Source: Coleofasciculus sp. B1-GNL1-01
GTDB taxonomy: Bacteria; Cyanobacteriota; Cyanobacteriia; Cyanobacteriales; Coleofasciculaceae
Assembly: GCA_040220235.1 (NCBI GenBank)
Contig: JAVJTO010000112.1
Strand: one strand, 5' to 3'
Length of the DNA: 64,000 nt
This document shows, piece by piece, positions 29,529 through 39,602 of the stretch (its first letter is position 1; each line of letters starts with the position of its first letter). The notes beneath the pieces are model-generated. The model did not search any database, was not told the DNA's origin, and saw only the letters and a program-made list of their open reading frames with translations. The position numbers and the translations under genes are program-made.

Positions 29529-31652
29529 TTAAGAATCAAAGGCTTTCTTTTGACCCGAATGGGTCACTAATTCATCCTGATTTGGTGCTTCACGCTGCAC
29601 CCATTCCGGATGTTCCATCCCCGATGTCATGGCATAACGTTGGGCTAACAGTCGTAACCATAGTGCTGGATAACGCGGCTCAATCCACGGTTGTAAGCGG
29701 CGAATCAGATTAGGGAACCATCCCTTAAGTAACCCACTCACCACAGCATGGCGAGTAAACGTGAAGTAACTACCCATCCAGCGTAAGAAATCCTTTGCCC
29801 CTGCCATGTCCCAAATCCAAAAAATCAGGGCAGGATTACGTCTGGCTGCTTTTAATGCCAGTCGGTTGAAGGTTAACCAATCAAAACGATCTTTAATAAA
29901 CGTATCAGCAACCTCTGGCGGTTCATCCGCTAAAAGCCCAAAGAAAGTATTCAGCATGGCATTAACCCGTTGGGGAGGCAAATGACGCCCGGTTGGTACC
30001 ATCATGCCTTTGGAAAAGAGCCAGGTGACCGCAACATTGCTTTGATGAGCGCGAATTTGGTTTAAATCTTTGGCAGTTAGGAGATTATGGCGTAGAGCGG
30101 TATCGAGTAAGTCGGTTAACCGATACAGGTTACGCACCAGGGAACCAAATCCCGTAAACACTAGAGGTGATTGCAGCGAAGCCGCATCCCCAATGGCAAC
30201 CAGCCGATCAAACGCCACCGTGCGATCGCGACTGCTTATGCTAAAGTGTCCAGGAATATAGCCGAATGTTGGTTTCTTCCACACCAATTTTTCCATGTCG
30301 CAGCGGCGGTACTCCGGCAGAATTGTAAAAAAGTCTTCATACATTTCTAATAAAGAGCCAGGGTTCTCAGGATGCACCTGATGGTAATGGAACAAATAGA
30401 TCGTCAAGTCCTCCCCCGCCCCCGGAAACAGTTCCCAAATCAACTGCCGTCCCCGGGAAATGTCGCCGTGGCTATTGAGAACGTCTCCATAGTTAGAATC
30501 CCACACCCCTGGCTCAAACCCACTGGCAATCACTGCACCGACGGTGGGGCAGACGCTATCAAACGCCCTGCCCCCATTCAGTTGCCAAGCGATGGGGGAA
30601 GCTGTGCCCATGGCATCGACTAAAAGTCGTCCTCTGGCTTGTCGGGGGGTTTGGCTGGGCAAATGCTGTAGACTGACGACAACTTCTTCTGGCGTGATCT
30701 CTGCCCGGATAAACTCCGTCTCATCCCAGATGTCGCCGCCCGCTTTTTGTAACTTTTCTCCACATAATTGTAACAATTTCTCTGAATCAATTGCCACATT
30801 CAGTACAGTTGGTGTATGTAATACAGGTGCTTTTAGATGAGGAGGATTGTTGCCATCAAAGAATTTGTTGAAGCCATCAATATATTCTCTGGCGATCATG
30901 GCTTCAAACTCATCGGGCGTAAATAACCCCAAATCGATGAGACTCTGAAACTCAGCCCGGGAAATATTCCATTCTCGGTTCATGCGCCCAAAGGGTAACC
31001 GTTCTACCAGTAGGACTCGATACCCCCGTTGTGCCATCACAGCGGCGTGAATGACTCCCAGAGCGCCACCGATGTAAATCAGGTCATAGGTGGAATTGGA
31101 GTAGCTGTGTCCTCGAAGCTGTGTTGGTTCCTCGGTTGTCTTAAACACAACCTGTTTAGGCTGCTGTGGATTCCGCACCCCTTCGCGCCATCGTTTTTCC
31201 CACCAATAGACGCGGTTGAGGTCATATTCCCCTTTGGGCATTTTTTGGAAGAAATGAACCGTCTGGGGATAATAGGGTGCTAGCGCCTCAAAGATCGACT
31301 GTTGCGATAAATCGACCTCTGGGGGTTCAGGATAGCGATAGGGAAACTGACGGCGTAAGTCCCCTGTCAGCTTCTGGAGTAATTGCCGTTCTCCCGCGAT
31401 CGCGCGATCGCAACAGCGAAAGGCTTTCAAGTAGGTGGTTCGCTGCACCGACCAAACAAAAATGGAGATTTCCGGAATCGGGACGCAAATCGGTGTAGAT
31501 GAATTGGCTGAAGACGCATGTTCAATTTGTACCAGGATACCATCCAGGGTTAGAGTTTTCTTCCCCAGCTCAAAGTACCAGTCCTGCTGCAACCAGGTGC
31601 GAACAGCGTCGGTATCGGGGTTCGGTATTTCTACGTAGAGAAGTTCTTTCAT
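29529..31652 (-). CDS. cruA: CruA-type lycopene cyclase (flavin-dependent)
   Basis: YDLIYIGGALG, MNREWNISR, VCPTVG and GDAASLQSPLVFTGFGS motifs. The long N-terminal extension favours CruA over CruP. Confidence 0.75.
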   Translation of the reverse strand: MKELLYVEIPNPDTDAVRTWLQQDWYFELGKKTLTLDGILVQIEHASSANSSTPICVPIPEISIFVWSVQRTTYLKAFRCCDRAIAGERQLLQKLTGDLRRQFPYRYPEPPEVDLSQQSIFEALAPYYPQTVHFFQKMPKGEYDLNRVYWWEKRWREGVRNPQQPKQVVFKTTEEPTQLRGHSYSNSTYDLIYIGGALGVIHAAVMAQRGYRVLLVERLPFGRMNREWNISRAEFQSLIDLGLFTPDEFEAMIAREYIDGFNKFFDGNNPPHLKAPVLHTPTVLNVAIDSEKLLQLCGEKLQKAGGDIWDETEFIRAEITPEEVVVSLQHLPSQTPRQARGRLLVDAMGTASPIAWQLNGGRAFDSVCPTVGAVIASGFEPGVWDSNYGDVLNSHGDISRGRQLIWELFPGAGEDLTIYLFHYHQVHPENPGSLLEMYEDFFTILPEYRRCDMEKLVWKKPTFGYIPGHFSISSRDRTVAFDRLVAIGDAASLQSPLVFTGFGSLVRNLYRLTDLLDTALRHNLLTAKDLNQIRAHQSNVAVTWLFSKGMMVPTGRHLPPQRVNAMLNTFFGLLADEPPEVADTFIKDRFDWLTFNRLALKAARRNPALIFWIWDMAGAKDFLRWMGSYFTFTRHAVVSGLLKGWFPNLIRRLQPWIEPRYPALWLRLLAQRYAMTSGMEHPEWVQREAPNQDELVTHSGQKKAFDS

Positions 31653-31808
31653 CGGAGTGATCTGATTCGCTGAGGAATTACGCAAGATGACGGAGGTGAC
31701 TTGAAGCAAAATACGCTACACTTCCGGATACTGATTGGTTTAATATTAGTAAAAAAAGTTTACACTCTTCTCATTTTCGGTCAATTAGGGTGCTTTTGTT
31801 AACTCGCC

Positions 31809-32075
31809 ATGAATTATCCCATCCCAGTTAGTCCCAAAGAAATGGCGGCTCTCCGTCAAAAACCAGTGAATGAAGAATTAGTGGCAGCGGCAATTGCCGG
31901 TGTCATTCAGATTGCCCGTTCTCAAGGACAGTCCTTAGACGAGCTTACCGCTGAAGTGCTAGCGGAAGATAGTGTCTTAGATCAGGCACAACGACGCTGG
32001 CTTAGTGATATTGTCGCCCAAGCCTGGAACATTCTGCCATCCATAGAGGCGGTGGGGAGTATCTCGGTTTCTTGA
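31809..32075 (+). CDS. Conserved small cyanobacterial hypothetical protein
   Basis: 88-aa ORF divergent from cruA with EELVAAAIAGVIQIARSQGQSLDEL. Confidence 0.75.
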   Translation: MNYPIPVSPKEMAALRQKPVNEELVAAAIAGVIQIARSQGQSLDELTAEVLAEDSVLDQAQRRWLSDIVAQAWNILPSIEAVGSISVS

Positions 32076-32344
32076 GGATATCAAGCGGTGTTAATCATCG
32101 CTTGACCCCAGGTTGCGATCGGGTCATTATTGTAATTTTAGTGTTGACGGCTGACTGGTGGCTGGTGACTGGTGGCGGTTGACGGTTGGTTAGTAGGTAT
32201 TTACCGCCTATTTGGTCACACTTCGTAGTCAAGGATGTGAGCCTAGAGTTTGTTGGGTTTCCTACCTCAACCCAACCTACAACATGACAATACTACAATA
32301 ACGACACTCATCACTGGACGTTAATTGTACCGACTACTTTAACC

Positions 32345-33322
32345 ATGATTTCTCAGCCACAAGCCAGAGAACTGATTCGCCTCGCCACCTTAGCACCATC
32401 GGGTCACAACACCCAACCCTGGAAATTTTCTATTGATACCAATACTATCCGTATCTACCCGGACTATTCCCGTCGTCTACCGATAGTAGATCCCGATGAC
32501 CATGCGCTGTTTATCAGTTTAGGTTGTGCCTTAGAAAATCTATTGATTGCGGCACAGCATAGCGGTTTCAACGGTGATGTTGAGTATTTTCCTGATCAGG
32601 ACTGTTTGGTCGTTCATTTACACCCCAATTCCCATCCTGCGGATACAGCCCTGTTCCACACTATTCCTCAGCGTCAATCCACTCGTTGCGCTTATGATAG
32701 TCGAGCAATCCCAGTGACAGATTTGCAAGAATTGGAAAAGGCAAATACTCAAGACGGGATTCAGTTGAGGCTATTTACGGAAGCTGACGACATTGAACAG
32801 ATTACTGACTTTGTTAAACAAGGGAATCGCCACCAGTTTAATAATCCGGCGTTTGTTAATGAACTCCTTTCCTGGATTCGCTTTAATCAGCGTGAAATAA
32901 CCTCTCATCAGGATGGCTTAATCGCAGCGGCTTTAGGTTTTCCGTCTGTATCGATACCTCGCTGGTTGGGTCAAACCCTGATGAAAGTATTAGCCACTCC
33001 AGAAGGTGAAGCGAAGCGGTGCGAGAAACTGATTCAGAGTTCCTCAGCACTGATGGTATTTATTGCCCACAAGCATGATAAAAAACATTGGGTAAATCTG
33101 GGACGAAGTTTCCAACGTGTGGCTCTCACAGCAAGTTCGTTAACTATTAAACACGCGCATATTAATATGCCCTGCGAAGTGTTAGAGGTGCGACAGCAAT
33201 TCCAGAACTATTTAGGATTAGAGGAAGCACAACCTCTATTACTACTACGGATTGGTTATGCTCAAGTCATGCCCACTTCACCGCGCCGCCCCCTTGAAGA
33301 GGTGCTGATAGATGGGGGTTGA
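32345..33322 (+). CDS. Acg-family FMN-binding nitroreductase-like protein
   Basis: LAPSGHNTQPWKF, SLGCALENL, RQSTR and LLLRIGYA..SPRRP motifs. Confidence 0.88.
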   Translation: MISQPQARELIRLATLAPSGHNTQPWKFSIDTNTIRIYPDYSRRLPIVDPDDHALFISLGCALENLLIAAQHSGFNGDVEYFPDQDCLVVHLHPNSHPADTALFHTIPQRQSTRCAYDSRAIPVTDLQELEKANTQDGIQLRLFTEADDIEQITDFVKQGNRHQFNNPAFVNELLSWIRFNQREITSHQDGLIAAALGFPSVSIPRWLGQTLMKVLATPEGEAKRCEKLIQSSSALMVFIAHKHDKKHWVNLGRSFQRVALTASSLTIKHAHINMPCEVLEVRQQFQNYLGLEEAQPLLLLRIGYAQVMPTSPRRPLEEVLIDGG

Positions 33323-33633
33323 GTTGGATTGCACAGGTGTAGAAGGTAAATGACAGAGGGCTTCAAGGAAAAAGTACGCACAGGATAAAGGGGATTCCTG
33401 AAGCAGATGTGGTATCACACTATCCGGACGATTATGAGGGATAAAGGTAGATCCGAATAGTACACCGTTGAGGAAAAATAGTGACGTGTCTTAAATTGCC
33501 AAGGAATTTTTCTTTGTCAAAAAAATATATCTTAATTAAAGATTTAATGAAAAATTAGCAATTGAGTGAATTTTCGGATGGCTTCAGGAACTGACTAAGC
33601 TAGTATGAGATTAATCTGGATAACCCCAACGTT

Positions 33634-35610
33634 ATGTTTAAAGCCCGTACTCTGATTAAATTCCTGATCATTTTTTTACTGACGGTCTTTATTTTAAGCT
33701 TTAATTGCCTTCATTATTGGATGTTCGGTGTATTCAATGTTTTGGGTCAAGACTCCCTGGCAGGCAATCAGTACAATTACGGTGAGGTATTGCAGAAAGC
33801 GGTTTATTTTTATGATGTACAGCGATCCGGAACACTGCCTGCCAATAATCGGGTGGAATGGCGGGGGGATTCGGCATTAAATGATGGTGCAGATAATGGG
33901 ATTGACTTAACCGGAGGCTGGTATGATGCCGGGGATCATCTAAAATTTGGCTTTCCCATGGCAGCTTCGACTACGCTTTTGGCTTGGGGCGTCATTGAAT
34001 ACGAAGACGCTTACAAACAAAGTGGTCAATATAATGCCATGCTGGATAATTTACGCTGGGTTAATGACTATTTTATTAAAGCTCATCCTGCACCAACAGT
34101 GTTGTGGGGTCAGGTGGGTAAAGGAAGTTTAGATCATGGGTGGTGGGGAGCAGCGGAGGTGATGCCGATGGAGCGTCCTTCCTATAAAATTGATGCCACT
34201 TGTCCGGGTTCTGATTTAGCTGGAGAAACGGCTGCGGCGATGGCAGCTTCAGCTATGGTTTTTCAAGCAACTGATGCGAATTATGCCCAAACTTTGCTAA
34301 AACATGCCCAGGAACTCTATGACTTTGCTGAGGACTATCAGGGAATCTATTCGGATTGCATTACTGAGGCGGCAGAGTATTATAAATCCAGTGGTTATAC
34401 CGATGAGCTGGTTTGGGGTGCAGCATGGCTTTATCGAGCAACAGAAGCGCCAGAGTATTTACAGAAATCTGAAGCCTATTATGAGCAGTTAAGGGATCAA
34501 CCTAATGCGACTCTCGCTTATAATTGGACACATACCTGGGATGATAAATCTTATGGCAGTTATGTCTTATTAGCTGAATTAACGGGGAAAAATAAGTATC
34601 GACAAGACGCCGAACGTTGGTTAGACTATTGGTGCGATCGCTGTCACTGGCAGCACATCTCTTATACTCCAGGAGGACTGGCTTGGCTGGATGAATGGGG
34701 TTCGTTGAGATATGCGGCAAAAACGGCATTTTTAGCCTTTATTTATGGGGACTCAGTAGACTCGCCTTGGACGCGACGCAAATATCATGCCTTTGCCGAA
34801 CGGCAGATTAATTATATGTTAGGATCGAATCCAGATCAGCGCAGTTATGTGGTCGGATTTGGCAAGAACCCACCCAGACAACCCCATCATCGAACAGCCC
34901 ATGGTTCTTGGGCAAATAGTAAAGAAATTCCGGAAGAAACGCGACATATTTTGTATGGAGCCTTAGTTGGCGGACCCGATCAGCAGGATAATTATATCGA
35001 TGAACGGTCTAATTTTCAGATGACTGAAGTTGCCACAGATTATAATGCTGGATTTACGGGTGCTGTGGCGAAACTTTATCAGAAATATGGGGGTAATTCT
35101 TTAGCCAATTTTCCGGAACCAGAACAACGAAGTGATGAATTTTTTGTCGAGGCGCAAGGGAATCAACTGAGTGATAATTTGATGGAGGTTCAAGCCACAA
35201 TTTATAACCAGTCCGCGTGGCCCGCCCGGATTATTCCTAATTTATCGTTTCGCTATTTTATTGATAGTAGTGAGGTGATTGAAGCCGGAGGAAACCCAAG
35301 GGATATTACAGTCAATGCTAGCCCTGAATCAGGAATAACGGTATCTGGACTCAATCCTTGGCAAAATTCCCCAACGATTTATTATATTCAGGTGGATGTG
35401 GATGGGACACAACTTTATCCTGGAGGAGAAGTTTATTATAAAAAAGATGTCCAATTTCAGGTGAGTACGCCGACAGGAAGCTGGACTATGACTAATGATT
35501 GGTCGTACCAAGAGATGCTAGAACAAGCTGGGAAGGGCAAACGTACTCATATTCCGGTTTATAATAGTGGACAATTAATTTGGGGAGTTGAACCGCCAAA
35601 AGAGGGGTGA
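33634..35610 (+). CDS. GH9 endoglucanase with C-terminal CBM3
   Basis: DLTGGWYDAGDHLKFGFPM, PHHRTAH and YIDERSNFQMTEVATDYNAG motifs; CBM3 motif NQSAWPAR..LSFRYF. Confidence 0.93.
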   Translation: MFKARTLIKFLIIFLLTVFILSFNCLHYWMFGVFNVLGQDSLAGNQYNYGEVLQKAVYFYDVQRSGTLPANNRVEWRGDSALNDGADNGIDLTGGWYDAGDHLKFGFPMAASTTLLAWGVIEYEDAYKQSGQYNAMLDNLRWVNDYFIKAHPAPTVLWGQVGKGSLDHGWWGAAEVMPMERPSYKIDATCPGSDLAGETAAAMAASAMVFQATDANYAQTLLKHAQELYDFAEDYQGIYSDCITEAAEYYKSSGYTDELVWGAAWLYRATEAPEYLQKSEAYYEQLRDQPNATLAYNWTHTWDDKSYGSYVLLAELTGKNKYRQDAERWLDYWCDRCHWQHISYTPGGLAWLDEWGSLRYAAKTAFLAFIYGDSVDSPWTRRKYHAFAERQINYMLGSNPDQRSYVVGFGKNPPRQPHHRTAHGSWANSKEIPEETRHILYGALVGGPDQQDNYIDERSNFQMTEVATDYNAGFTGAVAKLYQKYGGNSLANFPEPEQRSDEFFVEAQGNQLSDNLMEVQATIYNQSAWPARIIPNLSFRYFIDSSEVIEAGGNPRDITVNASPESGITVSGLNPWQNSPTIYYIQVDVDGTQLYPGGEVYYKKDVQFQVSTPTGSWTMTNDWSYQEMLEQAGKGKRTHIPVYNSGQLIWGVEPPKEG

Positions 35611-35830
35611 AATAGTTTTGATGCTTCACGACTTTCGAGGGTATAGTGCGTGAGTGTGTAGGGGCGGGTTTAGGGACTTTCGTGCAGCTATTGATAATAA
35701 CGTTTGTACAAAACCCGCCCTGACTTGACTTGGTTCGCCCTCTCCTCAAACCTTTAGGTGATTAATTTTTTAGGAATTAAAGGTGCGTCTACAGATTAAA
35801 CTCTGTAAATGAATAGGATGGAATGATGTC

Positions 35831-37567
35831 ATGAAAATCGATAGACGTTTTTTCCTCGGTTGGGCAATATCGATGGCTTATGGATTCTGGGCTAAAGGAC
35901 AAGCGCAAACGATAAACCCAGATAACCCAAGTAAACTTTTGATTAACCAAGTCGGATATTCAACAACCCATCCTAAGGTAGTCTTTTTACTCAATTACAA
36001 TTCTTCTACCACCAATCCCGTCCAATTAATTAACGTCCGCAATAACCGCCCCGTTTTCGAGACTAAGTTGTCAGCGCCGATACAAGATACAGCCAGTCAA
36101 GATAGTATCCAAAGGATTGATTTCACCACATTCAACCGCCCCGGACGCTATTTTCTGAAAATTGGAGAAATTCAGTCCTACCCCTTTGAAATTGGTCAGG
36201 CTATTTATCAAGATGCTTTCAACAAAATGCTACGTTCCTACTATTTACAACGCTGCGGGGTAGCCATACGGGATTCTATTAATGGGATTGGTCATTCTCC
36301 TTGCCATTTAAATGATGGCACCTTTGCCCATACCGATGACATGCATCGGGCGGGTGAAATGAAACGCGCCCAAGGGGGTTGGCATGATGCGGGCGATTTT
36401 GGTAAATATGTTGGACCCACGGCGGTAACTGTGGGTCGTTTATTAAGTTTATATGAGCAATATCCGTCGCTATTTTCTGACCGCCAATTGATGATTCCTG
36501 AAAGTGGAAATGGCAGTCCCGATGTATTGGATGAAATGAAAGTGGGATTGGATTGGATGCTGACCATGCAACGGCGCGATGGTGCGGTTTATCGCAAGCT
36601 TTCGGGGAAAGAATGGCCCCCCATGATTCTACCGAATGAAGATATCCAACCTCGCTATATTTATGGAATTTCCACACCAGAAACAGGGAAGTTTGCCGCA
36701 GCGTTAGCTATGGCGGCGCGAGTATATTCAGACTATGATGTGTTGTTGGCGAAGAATTATTTAAAAGCGGCGCAAAAAGCTTGGGAATTTTTGCAAAATG
36801 AACCCTCTATGCGTGTGGATTGGGTTGAGGGGGATGATAGTGGTTCAGGAAAATATCTAGCTGGGGAATGGGACAAGGAAGCGTCGTTAAAGACGGATAA
36901 AGATGACCGTTTTTGGGCGGCGGCGGAATTGTTGATTACGACAGGGGAGGCAAGTTTTTCGGAGTATTTAGAGCAAGAGCTTCCTGGGTTATCGTATACT
37001 CTATTTGAATGGAAAGATCCCTCAGCATTAGGGATGGCAGATTATCTGTTGCAACCGCGTCAGCAAGGGTTAGAAAATCTGAAGGCGCAAATGAAGCAGA
37101 AGTTATTAGAACGGGCAGATCGGTTACTGGATACGGTGAATCGCAGTGGCTATCGCTTGGCACTGGATAAGTTTATTTGGGCGTCGAATAAGATGGTAGC
37201 GGAGGAAGGAATTACCTTGTTTTATGCCTATAAACTAACCGGGGATCAAGCGTATTATCAGGCGGCGGTGGATCAGTTAGATTATTTGTTAGGACGCAAT
37301 CATTTTAATCTATCCTTTGTTACGGCTGTGGGGTCAAATTCAGTCCGCAATGTGCATCACCGAGTTGCTGTCGCGAAAAAGACGGTAATTCCTGGGTTAA
37401 TGGTAGGGGGGGCGAATACAGAAGCCCAGGATGGAATTGCTCCGAAAGGATTGGGTCCGCTAAGTTATGTGGATGATCAGCGATCTTATGCCACGAACGA
37501 ATATGCGATTGATTATAATGCCCCTGCGATCGCACTGATGGGGATGGTGATGGCGGAAGGTTCGTAG
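35831..37567 (+). CDS. GH9 glycoside hydrolase with N-terminal Ig-like (CelD_N) domain, probable Tat signal
   Basis: DRRFFL signal, INQVGY, GGWHDAGDFGKY, VHHR and YATNEYAIDYNA motifs. Confidence 0.92.
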   Translation: MKIDRRFFLGWAISMAYGFWAKGQAQTINPDNPSKLLINQVGYSTTHPKVVFLLNYNSSTTNPVQLINVRNNRPVFETKLSAPIQDTASQDSIQRIDFTTFNRPGRYFLKIGEIQSYPFEIGQAIYQDAFNKMLRSYYLQRCGVAIRDSINGIGHSPCHLNDGTFAHTDDMHRAGEMKRAQGGWHDAGDFGKYVGPTAVTVGRLLSLYEQYPSLFSDRQLMIPESGNGSPDVLDEMKVGLDWMLTMQRRDGAVYRKLSGKEWPPMILPNEDIQPRYIYGISTPETGKFAAALAMAARVYSDYDVLLAKNYLKAAQKAWEFLQNEPSMRVDWVEGDDSGSGKYLAGEWDKEASLKTDKDDRFWAAAELLITTGEASFSEYLEQELPGLSYTLFEWKDPSALGMADYLLQPRQQGLENLKAQMKQKLLERADRLLDTVNRSGYRLALDKFIWASNKMVAEEGITLFYAYKLTGDQAYYQAAVDQLDYLLGRNHFNLSFVTAVGSNSVRNVHHRVAVAKKTVIPGLMVGGANTEAQDGIAPKGLGPLSYVDDQRSYATNEYAIDYNAPAIALMGMVMAEGS

Positions 37568-37581
37568 TTGCGCTGTCTTCG
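37556..37581 (+). repeat. 26-bp direct repeat, left copy
   Basis: GAAGGTTCGTAGTTGCGCTGTCTTCG, identical to 38918-38943. Confidence 0.9.
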
Positions 37582-37699
37582 TCGGCTAGATCGCACTGAT
37601 AGGAATGATCATGGCATAATTCATTATGTAGGGGCGCACCGATGTGTGTCCTGACTTATATTTTTGAATCTGATAGACTTACAGATAACTTTAGAAGCC

Positions 37700-37805
37700 T
37701 ATATAGCAATCCTAAATAGGATGCAACAAGCAAAATGCTCGAAACCCAGGTATAGCAAGGGTTTCATTTTTGAAAATTGCCACGACCTAAATAGGATTGC
37801 TATAG
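37700..37805. mobile_element. MITE-like element (TATAGCAATCCTAAATAG...AGGATTGCTATA)
   Basis: Terminal inverted repeats; a related end lies at about 25250-25270. Confidence 0.65.
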
Positions 37806-37819
37806 TGGGAGGACTATAA

Positions 37820-38368
37820 TTGGCTACAGCAGAACAATACGAAAGTATAATAGCATCGCTGCAATGGGATGGATTACGAGCGCTATGGGACAACATCGAG
37901 AAACGTAACACACCAGGATGGGAGCAGGGCAAAGCCTTTGAGTATCTGGTTATACGAGCCTTTCAACTAGATGGCGCAGAGGTAAAGTATCCCTACAGAG
38001 TACAACTGTTTGAAGAAGAAGTTGAGCAAATTGATGGCGCCGTCTATTGCTCTGGACTTTCTTGTTTAGTTGAAAGTAAAGACTTCAAAACCAACGTTGA
38101 TGTTACTCCTATCGCCAAACTCCGTAATCAACTTTTACGTCGCCCCGCAGGTACGGTTGGATTAGTTTTTAGCCGAACTGGCTTCACCGAGGCAGCTCGC
38201 CATCTTTCACACTTTTCACTACCGCAGGCAATTCTACTGTGGCATGGAGAAGAAATAAAGTATGTATTAGAGAATGAAATCATTTGCGAACTATTAACTC
38301 TGAAATATCGTGTTTGTGTAGAAAATGCATTTCCAGATTACGACATTAGAGAGAGAGACATCCCATGA
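37820..38368 (+). CDS. PD-(D/E)XK restriction-endonuclease-like protein (Mrr_cat-like)
   Basis: QGKAFEYL...EQIDG...LVESK...FSRTGFTEAA. Confidence 0.8.
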   Translation: MATAEQYESIIASLQWDGLRALWDNIEKRNTPGWEQGKAFEYLVIRAFQLDGAEVKYPYRVQLFEEEVEQIDGAVYCSGLSCLVESKDFKTNVDVTPIAKLRNQLLRRPAGTVGLVFSRTGFTEAARHLSHFSLPQAILLWHGEEIKYVLENEIICELLTLKYRVCVENAFPDYDIRERDIP

Positions 38369-38916
38369 TTGGTTATATTTTGACTGAAGGATCGTTAGAT
38401 AAACAATTACTGAAAACTGTGCTGCCAGAAAAATGTCTGAATAATGTGGAAGTTGTGGAGGCTGGTGGGCTATATGCTGTTAAGTCACTTGCTCGTTCTT
38501 TGCTCGTTCGTAGGCAAGTACCAGTCATTATTGTCGTTGATGCAGATTCAGTAGACCCTGAGTTTATTCAAGAGCGCATTGAAAATATTGAGCAAATAGT
38601 TAAACGTGTAGCGGTGAATACACCTGTCAAAGTGATTACTGCTGTTCCGGAAATGGAAACTATTTTTTTTCAAGATGTTTCTTTGCTTTCACGTTTACTC
38701 GGATACACTCCTCCTCAAGATGTACTGAATTTGGCAAGTTTTCAACCTAAAAGAGCTTTAGAGCAATTGCTTTCTCAGTCAAAAGAAGTTCAAAATCAGT
38801 TACAGATTATTGCACAATTGAAATATGAAGGTGCTGAGATTTTACGCCAAGCGCCGTTTATTCAAGAGATCATTCATTTTATTGAGTCTGTACGTGAAAC
38901 AGCAAAAGTAAGTTAG
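38365..38916 (+). CDS. Hypothetical protein with TOPRIM-like motifs (DUF4276-like)
   Basis: ILTEGSLD...IVVDAD...AVPEMET; ATGA overlap with the nuclease gene. Confidence 0.6.
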   Translation: MIGYILTEGSLDKQLLKTVLPEKCLNNVEVVEAGGLYAVKSLARSLLVRRQVPVIIVVDADSVDPEFIQERIENIEQIVKRVAVNTPVKVITAVPEMETIFFQDVSLLSRLLGYTPPQDVLNLASFQPKRALEQLLSQSKEVQNQLQIIAQLKYEGAEILRQAPFIQEIIHFIESVRETAKVS

Positions 38917-38917
38917 C

Positions 38918-38943
38918 GAAGGTTCGTAGTTGCGCTGTCTTCG
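38918..38943 (+). repeat. 26-bp direct repeat, right copy
   Basis: Identical to 37556-37581 and runs into a HIP1 site. Confidence 0.9.
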
Positions 38944-39183
38944 CGATCGCATTCCGTTGATGGGGATAACAATACCACAATCCCGTAGGGACGCATAGAC
39001 GTGCGCCCTAACCGAAGCGCGATCGCATTCCGTTGATGAGGATTGTGATAATAAAAAATTCCCCACAACAATTTAGCTGGGCGGTTAGAAACCGCAGCTA
39101 CACGAACAAAACCGTTCGTAGTAAGTGAGGATTTATTACCAGTGCTGCAAGATAGGAGTTTTATCCATATCATTGAATCAGAA

Positions 39184-39353
39184 AGGTTGTAGGTTGGGTT
39201 GAGTGAAAGCGAAACCCAACACCCTCTTCCTAAGACTTGAGCCTTGAACTAAAGTTCAGGCTAAAAGCTAAAACCCGTTAAAACGGGTTCACAGTCTCAA
39301 AATTAGGTTGTAGGTTGGGTTGATGAAAGCGAAACCTAACACCCTCTTCCTAA
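39184..39353. repeat. Duplicated GTAGGTTGGGTTGA...AAACCCAAC REP-like units
   Basis: About 50-bp copies at 39184 and 39305; related copies near 18485, 32250 and 54850. Confidence 0.8.
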
Positions 39354-39602
39354 GCAGCAAATAGAAATATCATGACTCAAGGCGATCGCAAGCAGAATAA
39401 AAACTGGTTGCAGGATGCGCGTCTTGGTTTACAGGATTATCATCTTGAGGGCGATGATCTGAAATGGAGAGATCCTTAAGTGGTACTGAAACTGATTATT
39501 GATCAAAGGAAAGAGAGAAAAACTAGGGTGTGGAAACCCGCGCAGGCGGGTTTCGTTTGTGTAGCTGTGGTTTCAACCGCCCAGAACAGTTAACTTAATG
39601 CT

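Noticed and set aside
33370..33420. c-di-GMP-I riboswitch upstream of GH9
   Set aside because: Only CGCACAGG resembles the motif; the GCAAACC/GAAA/GACGCAAAGC core is absent.
39373..39530. Short ORF MTQGDRKQNKNW... with an in-frame stop
   Set aside because: No recognisable family; it lies in a repeat-rich spacer and cannot be supported as a gene or pseudogene.
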